In this document: positions 11,829 to 23,281 of the stretch, piece after piece
Layout: every line of letters begins with the position of its first letter
How positions within the stretch are numbered: position 1 is the first letter of the stretch
Source: Antedon mediterranea
Lineage: Eukaryota > Animalia > Echinodermata
DNA: 64,000 nucleotides
Direction: 5' to 3'
Assembly: GCF_964355755.1 (NCBI RefSeq)
Contig: NC_092678.1
Span: 1,256,422 to 1,320,421 of the forward strand
The notes under the pieces: generated by a model
Told to the model about the DNA's origin: nothing
Databases searched by the model: none
What the model saw: the letters and a program-made list of their open reading frames with translations, nothing else
Program-made: the position numbers and the translations under genes

Positions 11829-12536
11829 AGCTTGGTTCCCACTAGAACGTAACGCAAGGACGTAAACGCAACGCAAGCGTTTTAACCAATGATAAGCGAA
11901 GTTATAGACAGTTAGCAATCACAAGCGAATAAGACATCGCATGTGATTGGTCAATTCAGTTGCGTTGCGTTACGTCCTTGCGTTGCGTCGCTAGTGGGAA
12001 CCACGCTTTACTGTGTACACAATATCGTACTGTGCGCAGAACGGAAACCCGGGTCCCCCTCTGTGCACTTATTTGTCATATTTGAAACTTAAGAGTGATT
12101 CCCACTAGAACGCAACGCAGCGACGTATTGACGCAAAGTGATGTATTGCGTAATCACAAGTGGAAACCGACGACGCAATAATGCTGCAAACATCGCAAGC
12201 TTGATTGACCAGCGTTAGAGCAGTGATATTTCGAACCTTCTGAACATAGTCCGTATAGTATGGTAACTAATGCGTGGTGCTCACTAGAACGCAACGCAGC
12301 GACGTATTTACGCAAAGTGCTGTATTGCGTAATCACAAGTGGAAACCGACGACGCAATAATGCTGCAAACATCGCAGGTTTGATTTCACGCAGGCGGGGA
12401 CAAACACAATTATTAAAGCTTGGTTCCCACTAGAACGTAACGCAAGGACGTAAACGAAACGCAAGCGTTTTAACCAATGACAAGCGAAGTTATAGACAGA
12501 TAAGCGTTACATTGCGTCGCTAGTGGGAACCAAGCT
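11829..12536. mobile_element. Cluster of PIF/Harbinger-type MITEs (11829-12007; 12417-12536; partial related copies ~12090-12385; another at ~61750-61890)
   Basis: TIRs AGCTTGGTTCCCACTAG...CTAGTGGGAACCAAGCT. The 12417-12536 copy is flanked by identical TAA target duplications, and internal palindromy is long. Confidence 0.8.
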
Positions 12537-14038
12537 TAAAGAGTACACTTTTGGGAAATTAAAAGTAATAGGCCTACGGATTTAGGACGATTTTATCAAG
12601 TATCAATTCATTTCAAATTCATAAAATAAAGATTTATAATAAATGCTGGTGTAGTTGACCATAACAACAAAACCCATAAATAGAATATAACATCTATCTT
12701 TAGCTACTTTTGCACATTTAAGCATAATTATGTTACCTATTATAATTTAGATCGTTTCAATGATAAAGAGAATACAAATTTTAGTTCTATTTTGTTAGGC
12801 TCTCTGCCAAACGCTACAAAAGCATAAAATAGATACCGAGCTAAAACTGGTCAATTTCCGAAATACATTTCAAGTATTGTGTATACAGGACAAGTGTGAT
12901 GTCTAGCATTAATTTGTTTGTTTTAATGTTATTTCTAAATGTTATCCGCTTCCTTATGTGGAATCTGCACTCTGCATCAGGATCCTCTGTGCACACGTCA
13001 CATGACTAGTGAACGGAGTTCAACGAGTCCAATTTGGTCCAAGTTTTAGCCTCGGGAGAAAGTCGTTTCTGATTGGTTATAGCCATGGATTCGAGTTCGC
13101 GTTTTTGATTGGTTGTAAGTATTTTATCTGTCAGATTACCGTATTTATTTGAAAAAAAGACCCTGCTTTTGAATAAATATGTAATATAACATGTAATCAA
13201 ATAAATACACCCAATACATCAAATAAAGTTGTGTTCATATCTTTAAGTACCGCCCGCTTGTAGACGTTCGCATCATTTCTATGTCAAATTTGTATAATTA
13301 TTTAGAACAAAATACACGTTCTGGCAATTGTTGAGTACTGTATTTTTTCTAACAACTACTACTAAAGTAGGCCTAATTATACCCAAAAATAATAATATAG
13401 GCTTGCTAATATAGGCCTATACAATTAAATTATTAATAATATCATTTTTTAAAGCTGAAACCGTGAAAACAGCATCGTTCCGTTTAGAGAGGCTAATAAA
13501 CATTCATTTTGGTGATTTATGGAGGCTTTATAACTATAAGTTTTGCATTGAAACTTATTTGTGTAGGCCGTATTGTACGTTTATTCGGGTTTGACAAACC
13601 AGTTCCACTACACCTGCACAATCACATTTGCATAACAACACGAAAGACTGACAAACCACCAGTCCCATTACACGTCATGTACAACCTCATTTGCATAACA
13701 ACAGCGCACAGCAAACCGAGCCGTGTCGTACAACTACGATGAGATATTAATTTTGTTTTAAACGCGTAACGAAGAGAATTCTCAATTATGATAATAATTT
13801 ATAAGTACGTCTAGAAACGTAGAATAATACACTAGAAAGCAATTTTTAAAACTTAAAAGTTAAAAACTTTTCTGAAATTATTTTTACAACAGATAGAGAG
13901 AATACACTAGTCAGGCTAGGCATCGGCATCTTTACACATTTCTATCTATTTGTTCCCAATTTTCTGACATAACTCAGGTGTTCTTAATTTGAGGGCGCCA
14001 AACGTAAAATTTACGAGATCGCAATGAGGCCCTAAGGC

Positions 14039-14286
14039 AAAAAAAAAATATGATGTGCTCCCTTGCCTCTAGCACGGTAAGGCTCTCTCACAGCCTTGGG
14101 GGTACCACAGCATCAGATGCTTTGATGTTATTGCCTCATGATGTGTGGTGGAAAGGGGGACGTTTAAATCTGTGAACCCCAAACACAGAAGCTCGCATAG
14201 CTTTAACTCTTTTCCACCGACCGGCATGGGGTTTGAACCCATGATATCGTGTTCCACGACGCTCTACCGACTGAGCTATCCGGCCC
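14039..14286 (-). mobile_element. tRNA-derived SINE (or other Pol III repeat) with a tRNA-Lys-like head
   Basis: The minus strand reads GGCCGGATAGCTCAGTCGGTAGAGCG (A box)...GGTTCAAACCCC (B box). The anticodon arm is shortened, and a ~170-bp body ends in a T-run. Confidence 0.75.
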
Positions 14287-15165
14287 TCTGGTTTATTCCA
14301 CGGTTAAAACTAGATTCGTTTTCTCAAAATTACGTCATGATATGCAAATTTGTAACGTACCGATTAGAATGACGTAATATGAAGCCGTATAAGAATAGGC
14401 CTATAGTATTGACTGCATTCTACCTTCATTACTCGTGTACGTGGCCTATCTGGTAGCTGCAATGGTAACCATTGTTTGAATTCTCTCAGCTCTACTATTA
14501 ATAGCTGGGGTTCGAATCTTACGGACTTATTTTTTTAATAGAAAAATAATAGAAATTTATGTATACTTTTTTTTCAATGTTAAAATATTGGGTCTGATCT
14601 GTTTTTAGATGGAAAGAAACGGTACAGTTAAAATGGCAGTAACATTCGATCATGCCATGAATACAAATATTTTGGCATACATGGCGTTCCATCAAATTAA
14701 AAATGCTCACTGGTGGTGGCGCTCGTAAAGGGAAATTCCCCCATCCATTTTTTATTATTACATGTGTGTTTTTTGTTGTTGTTTGTGTTTTACAATTATT
14801 GTTGTTTGTTGGTGGTATGAAGATAAGATAGGTCCAGGCGCTACCATAGGCCTATTTATTATATATGCCCAATATTATTAATTGTTTTTGATGAATTGAC
14901 TAGGCCTAGCCTTAGTTAGCTAGGCCTAGCCTACCAAGATCAGGGAGTTCCCTGGCTAGATAGTAGTATGCTATGCCCTACATACATTACATACTAGGCT
15001 AGGACTACTGGCACTAGCCTAGTATAGTAGTACGTAGTTAGTACTAATTATAGTATGTATGTCAGCCAGTGGAGGGCCTGCCATCATGAGACCTATCTAG
15101 AGTCTATGTTTATATTTATAAACTTAGTATTATTATGCCTATTCTATTATTTTAGTTACAGTTTG

Positions 15166-16427
15166 ATGGCAGCAGGGGGATCCTGGCGATGGATAGGTGC
15201 ATTACGGGTGTTTTCCTGGGGTTGCGGAGCAGGCGCTGTTACAACATTAACATTCTTTGACAAAGTTGGTTATTTTGCACGAGTTGATGGAAAGTCAATG
15301 CAGGTAATGTAACACAAACTGTAACGTGACCAATATGAACTCAAATAATTCAATTTTAATTCAATAATTTACAAAAGGAAGTCAATGTTAATCTCTCTGC
15401 TTTTTTTTTCAACACAGCCAGCCTTAAACCCAGATGGTACTAAGAAGACAAGTCAAGATATTGTGTTTTTAAATCGATGGGCTGTAAAAGAATATGTTAT
15501 TCATCGAGGAGATGTTGTTTCTATGATGTAAGTTAAAACAGACACAAAACGTAGGCTTTCATTCAGAAGCCTGGCCCGCAATAATAAAATCTAATAAATA
15601 AATAAATTGCAAACTGTTTTCTCAATGGAGGTCCTTCAGTTAAATGATGCTACTCCAGTGGTAAATGATGCTACTCCAGTGGTAAATGATGCTACTCCAG
15701 TGGTAAATGATGCTACTCCAGTGGTAAATGATGCTACTCCAGTGGTAAATGATGATACTCCACTGGTAAATGATGCTACTCCACTGGTAAATGATGATAA
15801 ATTGTTAACTAAAGTTTCATTTGTTCATCCATTATTTGCTTATATCACAGATCACCACGGGAACCAGATGAGATTATCATCAAGAGGATTATTGGCATAG
15901 CGGGCGACACTGTAAGGTAACTTTGTAACACAATTACTTTGCTGCTTACACGTTTGTATTCTTAATCTTACAGCTCAAGCAAATTGAGTAACTAATTGTT
16001 GCCATCAATATGACAGTATGATTTATCTAACCTGTGTACAAAGGAAACTGTTGATTTACATTTTCAATACACTTAACACTTTTAAATTTAATATTTATCA
16101 GAACACTGAAATACAAGAACAGATATGTAACAATCCCAGCTGGACATGTTTGGATTGAAGGCGACCATTCTGCTGTAAGCCTAGACAGCAACGTGTTTGG
16201 CCCTGTGAGTACTATTCAAATCTACCTTCATCGGATATCAGCTAGTTACAAATTTCATTAAATATTGATATATGACTTTACTGCTAACATGTTTGCATTT
16301 CTAGGTATCTCTCGGTCTCTTACATGCCAAAGCATCGATGATAGTGTGGCCACCGCATCGACGACAGATGCTTAAGCCGTTTGTGCCAGAAAATCGAAAA
16401 CCAATTAATTGTAAACAATACCATTAA
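15166..16427 (+). CDS. IMMP2L: Mitochondrial inner membrane protease subunit 2, 179 aa (exons 15166-15303, 15418-15527, 15851-15916, 16102-16204, 16305-16427)
   Basis: The spliced product has TFFDKVGYFARVDGKSMQPALNP (catalytic Ser), HRGDVV, IIKRIIGIAGD (catalytic Lys), GHVWIEGDH, DSNVFGPVSLGLLHA and WPP. All introns are GT-AG and phases are consistent. Confidence 0.95.
15642..15798. repeat. 21-bp minisatellite (aaatgatgctactccagtggt, ~7.5 copies) in IMMP2L intron 2
   Basis: Direct tandem units visible. Confidence 0.95.
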
Positions 16428-17875
16428 AATGGATACAGTAAAAATGGAAACCTGAAATTATTTTGATGTAGAACGTTAAATTAAACGACAATTACAAGAT
16501 TAAAAGAATTCAAAAGTATGTCAAAGTTCTGTGCCAACACTCGAAGTCAAGGATGGCAAATATCTGACCAATGATCCGGTGTTTATAGACTATAGCGTAA
16601 GTCTGGGTCGATGTGTGGTCAGCAGGAGAGCAATACTGTTATGGACTTCCTCATATTGCAAATACAATTATTTAAATAACTGGTTATATTACAATAAATT
16701 ATTTTATTGATTAAAAATTGAGTCAATACTGTACTTGTTGATAATATAATCTTATTATTACATAAGACATACACTTTTAATACGTAAATACAGAATGAGA
16801 ATTGTATTGCGTAAAACATTAAAAAAAGCACAAAAAAATATAATCCACGATTCATATAGGATATAAAACTGCATACATGTATACTTTGGTGAGAGAAATG
16901 GCGTCGGTGGTCCTTACATAGGAATAAAGGCCACATTATGAATCAGTGTTTAACAATTTACATTTACAGTAGCTACTGTATGTGTTCAAATGATACAGTG
17001 TAAACAAAATCAGTATTTGTACTATTTTAAAATGTTGACATTTTTAGAAATATTTTTTTTGCAACAATATGCTAAGATTAAAATATACCAATACATAACT
17101 AAAATAAACATATACGTTAATAATAAATTTTCCTTTATATAATACATTTCAATATAATTATATTTTTACCAATTATACTGTAGTATACTGTAGAAATGAA
17201 CATTTAATTTGTAGTTCAAAACAATTGCTCATTAAATAGCACACATATGACCAATTGTACATACTGTGTCTGCAAAATACCATCTTCTTTTAAAGTACCC
17301 TTTCCAAACATACATTTTATACAGTAATTTTGACATTAAAGACATTAAATAACTCAACTTATGTGGTATTGTAAACATGCATGTTCTTTGGTAATGTGAT
17401 TTTTAGATATTTACTTATTTTAAAATGTTTAATTAAATCTAGGTAAGGGGGTGCAACCCAATGATTTTGTTTGCTAAGTGTTCCTATCAATTTAAATTCT
17501 CTTGTTTCTAGAAAGTTTTGCTTTTGTATTTTGGATTAAGAATAAGGCAATATTTTTTGTGCAATTTGGAAGTAAAATTTGGTCACAATTTTATAGCCTC
17601 AGTTCTCTTTGACATTTGAATATTACTATATTATAAATCTATGTTCTGCCATAAAATACAAATTATTTGATTTCATTGAGTCCAACCCGACCCTTATTTT
17701 TAAATTTAGGTTTAGACAGTGTTAACGTTACTCTAATAGTTTTGTTTCAGATTCATGTTAGATTACGATGAAATTGCTTAATTGTCATTGGTTAATAATT
17801 CTATTCAAAATAACCTTTACAACGATTAATTAATTAATATTAACAATACAGATGTCCAGCAACAGGTTGTTGGCG

Positions 17876-20800
17876 CTAATCAAACTCAACGTCCATTTGC
17901 TTGATTGTAGATACATCTTTGGCCAGAAGGGCGTAAACGTCCCGCGCTGCTTTAACCTTCGCTTCAGCATATAAAATCAGTGACTTTTGAAAATCCAGGG
18001 TGCGCTGTTGGTGGAATTTGGTAATCTGTCGATAAAGAACATTGTTATATTGCTGTGTTGCAATCAACAAAGAAGTTTACATGCCAAGCAATTGAGAGGC
18101 AAAGATATAAAACAATTTCTTTTGTCTAACTTTTAGGTTGTTAATTTCTCCAGTGCAATACGGGATGCTGCAACATCTGGGTCACAACTTACCTCCTTTT
18201 TTGCTACTTCTGAAATTGCATTTAGTTCTTTTTCAGCGTCTTCTTTAGCAGCCTCCGCCTGAAAATAACAATGGAATAACACTGGAATAAATGTTTTTGT
18301 TGCCATGTGCATGATATAGGACAATCGATTCACATCATGTTGCTACTAGACATAAATAAATCACCTTAAGCTCTGTCTATACTATCAATTAGTTTGACAA
18401 AAATGTGTGATGTGCCCAAATATGGTAGTGATAATAATACCCAATTATGGTAGGATATCATCATGTCCATATATGGGCACATCACATCAAGTTTGATAGT
18501 GTAAACAGAGCTTTACAAAACTCCAGAGTTTACAGCCACCAGGGCATGTATGCCCATGCCCAATGTGAAAGGGGCTTATAGTCTTTTAAATCTTACCATA
18601 GGCTTCTTGAGTGGCTTGGCTTTCTCTAATGTTTTTGATGCGTTATCAAATTGAACTAAGGCACATGTTCTTTCAAACAACATTTCCTAAAACAAAGATG
18701 ACAACTGTTATTTTTATCACCAAATAAATGAGGAGCAAGCAAATGAAATTGCAATATACAGTGACTCAGATCTAAAGGTACATCAAGGGTCTGGGTCTAT
18801 GCAGTAGAATGTCATTTGAATGCAAAACAACCTAAACTGCAATGTACAGTACCTATGACAATAGAATATCAACGTAGTGAGTTTAAATATACATGCATAC
18901 TATTGAGTGGTTACTCACTTTACACGATAGCCAGTATCTGGAGTAAAGATCTAAGTGAAAGCCCAAAGTGGTTACTCACTTTACACGATAGCCAGTAATC
19001 TGGAGTAAAGATCTAAGTGAAAGCCCAAAGTGGTTACTCACTTTACACGATAGCCAGTATCTGAAGTAAAGATCTAAGTGAAAGCCCAAAGTGGTTACTC
19101 ACTTTACACGATAGCCAGTATCTGGAGTAAAGATCTAAGTGAAAGCCCAAAGTGGTTACTCACTTTACACGATAGCCAGTATCTGGAGTAAAGATCTAAG
19201 TGAAAGCCCAATGTGGTTACTCACTTTACACAATAGCCAGTATCTGGAGTAAAGATCTAAGTGAAAGCCCAAAGTGGTTACTCACTTTACACGATAGCCA
19301 GTATCTGGAGTAAAGATCTAAGTGAAAGCCCAAAGTGGTTACTCACTTTACACGATAGACAGTATCTGGAGTAAAGATCTAAGTGAAAGCCCAAAGTGGT
19401 TACTCACTTTACACGATAGCCAGTATCTGGAGTAAAGATCTAAGTGAAAGCCCAAAGTGGTTACTCACTTTACACGATAGCCAGTATCTGAAGTAAAGAT
19501 CTAAGTGAAAGCCCAAAGTGGTTACTCACTTTACACGATAGCCAGTATCTGAAGTAAAGATCTAAGTGAAAGCCCAAAGTGGTTACTCACTTTACACGAT
19601 AGCCAGTATCTGGAGTAAAGATCTAAGTGAAAGCCCAATGTGGTTACTCACTTTACACAATAGCCAGTATCTGGAGTAAAGATCTAAGTGAAAGCCCAAA
19701 GTGGTTACTCACTTTACACGATAGACAGTATCTGGAGTAAAGATCTAAGTGAAAGCCCAATGTGGTTACTCACTTTACACAATAGCCAGTATCTGGAGTA
19801 AAGATCTAAGTGAAAGCCCAATTTGGTTACTCACTTTACACAATAGCCAGTATCTGGAGTAAAGATCTAAGTGAAAGCCCAAAGTGGTTACTCACTTTAC
19901 ACGATAGCCAGTATCTGGAGTAAAGATCTAAGTGAAAGCCCAAAGTGGTTACTCACTTTACACGATAGACAGTATCTGGAGTAAAGATCTAAGTGAAAGC
20001 CCAAAGTGGTTACTCACTTTACACGATAGCCAGTATCTGGAGTAAAGATCTAAGTGAAAGCCCAAAGTGTTTTCATCGTTGGCAGTACACACGTCAACAG
20101 CATACCCATAATGGTCTATGGATTTCGCAAATTCAACCTGAAGTCTATAATAAAAAGAAATACAATACCATAACGATTACCAAAGCCCTATTCACCAAAA
20201 AATAGTCATACCCATATGCTTATCACAAATAGTGACCCCGATAAGCATCTCACAAATAGTCACACCAATAAGCATATCACAAATACTTTAATCATTTACA
20301 TCAAGTACTTACTTGTTAATGATGGCAGACGCACCATTATCCTCTGCACTCATTCCCAAACACAGGGCAGTTGATAAATGGTTACAGGCCATAGATATTC
20401 CTGACAAAAGAACAAACAACATTAATAGACAAACTAGTATTATCCTAAAGCTCTGTCCACACTATCAAACTTTATGTGACAAAAAAATGTGATGTGCCCA
20501 TACATGGACATGATGATGTCATATCACTACCATATTTGGGCATACCACTACCATATTTGGGCACATCACACTTTAGTCAAACTAGTTTGATAGTGTAGGT
20601 AGATTTTAACAACGAACTATAAAATGTTGTGAACGTTTGGTTACCTAAATTATATACATACTGTTTGTTATATTTTGTGCATTAACTGATGCTGTCCACC
20701 ATAGAATTTCTAATTTGATAACAATTGGTTGTTTTTATCAAAATAATTTGCTATTTAGCTTTACTTACGGCACAAGCTGTTCACCATTGTGTCAAAATTA

Positions 20801-22966
20801 AGGCTAGTTTCCTTAGCAATTTTTTGCATATCATTTGCTAGATCTCGTTCTTTCTGGAACATTTCATCTATGTCTTTGTGGCCACCCTTTCGTACACCAT
20901 CTACTGCACGTGATAAGTTTGATAAAATACCTTTCTTCAGTTTGGCCCTTACTGGTGGCTAAAAGACAGTAAAACACTACTGTCACTATATTTTCAATGT
21001 ATTCGAGTTGGGAGTATTTTGTTTACTGTCCCACACGCAGTTGCTGATGGTTTCAGTTAAAAACTCTTTGTTCTTCTATATCTGGCATTATATTTGGATT
21101 TAATCAGCTTACCTCTTTCTTTGTAAGAAAATTAGACAACGCCTCACATTTTCCAATCGCTTCATGTCTCACAATCCCCTGTAAATACTTCTCTAGTTTA
21201 CGGCAATCTTTGTGAAATTCATCACCTATGCAAATAAAAAAAAGCTCTGTCTACACTATAAAACTAGTTTGACAAAAAAGTGGTAGTGATATGCCCAAAT
21301 ATGGTAGTGACATAACATCATGAAAATCATCAAGTCCATATATGGGCACATCACATTTTTTTGTCACATAAAGTTCCTTCCCTTGTCATCTTTAGAAATC
21401 TTAATATATTATTACCTTTTATATTTTTGCTTGCAGTTCCAAGTTGCTTGCGTGATTTGGCTTCTGCTTCAGCTGCAGATACTATTGGACGATCTGGCAA
21501 GGGTGGAAACTGAAATCATATAAAAAATTACTGGTATGCATTCATGTGTTGTAGTAACATGATTGGACTCCACTTTTTAAGACCTGATTAGAGCTTTAGT
21601 CTTTACTGTGTATGTTCCTTATGTATTTAAAATAGCTAACTCCTTTACCATTAGGCAGTATGTTTAGGCAGTGCTGTATTCTGTTCAATACACTTACTAT
21701 AACTCCTTTAACATTAGGCACTATATTTAGGCAGTGTTGTAGCCATTCAAAGTCTTCATATTGCCGGTCTACTTCGACTTCTTCTTTGCATTGTTCAAGC
21801 TAAAAATAAAACGAAAAACATTTTAAGTTATCTTTAGACAGTACACAAGTACACACATAACTTTGCCAACCACCTGTGCTGCAGTATACTGCAGTAGATG
21901 ATTTAAATGTACCTTGACTGTTGTGATTTGAAACATGACCACTTCGCCATTCTTACTAGCACCTTTAATCTGCACAGAGTACCACGGTTGAAATGGTTTC
22001 AATCTTATTTCTTCCTCTCCATTTATTTCACCATTTTCTTTTTGATGTTCGGGCTTTTCATCCTACAAAAAATAGATATAAAATAATATAAATGATAAAA
22101 TGGTTTAGACTATAGTGTATGTATAATTATTTTGCAAATGCATTTTCATTTTAGTTTGATAAGATCACCACACTCACTTAAATTAAACAAATTTCCATCT
22201 GGCTTTACTTTATGAGTATTGCCCTCTTCCTTCATATTACAATTTGATCATTGACATTGTTTTCCTTATTTTTATGCCTTTTCATCTCTGAAATCGCTTT
22301 TGCTACTCAATAATATTTAATCAAGAAGAACATTTGTTTTTATATGTGGAAGAAATAAATGTTGATTTGATTGAAATAATATTAAACCTAATTTGTAGCA
22401 ACGCAGATTAATTGCATGAATATACAAAATAATAAAAAAAAAAAACACACATCTAAATAGGATATAAAAATTACATACATCATTTCAGTATATTATTATT
22501 ACTACTGTATAAGGAATAATTAATAATTAATATAAATTTAAAATCATTTGAAAACAATGTATTTTGAAGTGAGTCGGTATGAACAAATAAAATGTATTCA
22601 ATGACCTATATTATATATCTCTATGATTATATATAGGATATCTATATGAAAATGAATCTTAAGTTGTTTGTGTTTTATTTCCTTGTAACGCTGTGTTTAG
22701 ATTGCAAAGCTTCATCATAATTAGAGACTAGAGTTTGTATAGGCTAGGTCTCTATCTATTTTATTATGCCTATTAGAGAGTAGTAGTAGGCCTAGTAGAT
22801 CCTCTCTAACTTTAGTTTAGAGCCGCCTATTAAAGTATTAAAACAAAGATATTATTTATTCATTAATAATAAATTATTAATAATATTAATAATAATATTT
22901 AATTATTATCAATATTTAAAAAATTATTCAATTAATTATTTTGTCAGTACTTACAGAATCAGACAT
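17876..22966 (-). CDS. SNX-BAR sorting nexin, divergent SNX5/6/32-like, ~393 aa, 11 coding exons (22966-22955, 22062-21913, 21799-21698, 21509-21416, 21225-21113, 20958-20769, 20400-20313, 20144-20018, 18686-18597, 18258-18193, 18025-17876)
   Basis: PX domain: VDRQYEDFEWLQHCL...FPPLPDRP...LEKYLQGIVRH...LSNFL. BAR domain: HKDIDEMFQKER...ANDENTLGFHLDLYSRY...EMLFERTCALVQFDNASKTLEKAK...FHQQRTLDFQKSLILYAE. Phases are consistent and sum to 1182 nt. Confidence 0.88.
18369..18512. mobile_element. Abundant ~150-200-bp Harbinger-type MITE (representative copy). Others at ~9258-9350, 20448-20607, 21243-21375, 37320-37453, 40022-40140, 42481-42582, 42747-42881, 47129-47243, 50822-50859, 52909-53048, 55111-55264, 57282-57487
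   Basis: TIR AGCTCTGTCTACACTATCAAACT...AGTTTGATAGTGTAGACAGAGCT. This copy has TTA target duplications (18366-68 and 18513-15). The internal repeat is atgcccaaatatggtagtgat. Confidence 0.88.
18907..20068. repeat. 61-bp tandem array, 19 copies, overlapping the 3' end of SNX exon 8 and its donor
   Basis: Unit gtggttactcactttacacgatagccagtatctggagtaaagatctaagtgaaagcccaaa; unit starts include 18907, 19091, 19152 and 20006. Confidence 0.97.
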
Positions 22967-23281
22967 TATACTCTAGTATCTTGAAAAAACAATCTTAAAT
23001 TCCAAAGGACTGTAGGCCTAGGCCCTGTCAATGTGCAGAAGATGTTCTGTCAATATTATTTTAGGCAGCTCTAACTGCTTCTTGTGGGGTTGAAGTTTCC
23101 TGGTACGCAATTTATGAGGCCTAGCCTAGCCCACCAAGTCAACTTGTGATCAATTAATGTGCAACGTGACCCAACTTGACCTTGAGTTTGCGCCACCTAC
23201 CGCAATATTAATACAGTAATATAATTGGCCTTTAATTGGTTTTTAGTTAACGACTGGCTGGAGACTATCTTAACTTCTAAA
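22967..23281. promoter_or_regulatory. Probable bidirectional promoter between the SNX gene (-) and COMMD7 (+)
   Basis: Divergent start codons (22966 and 23282) are only 315 bp apart. An AAAATGGCG (YY1-like) motif overlaps the COMMD7 ATG. Confidence 0.65.

Noticed and set aside
14215-14286. Functional tRNA gene
   Set aside because: The anticodon/variable region is too short for a cloverleaf and the sequence continues into a longer body, so it fits a SINE head.
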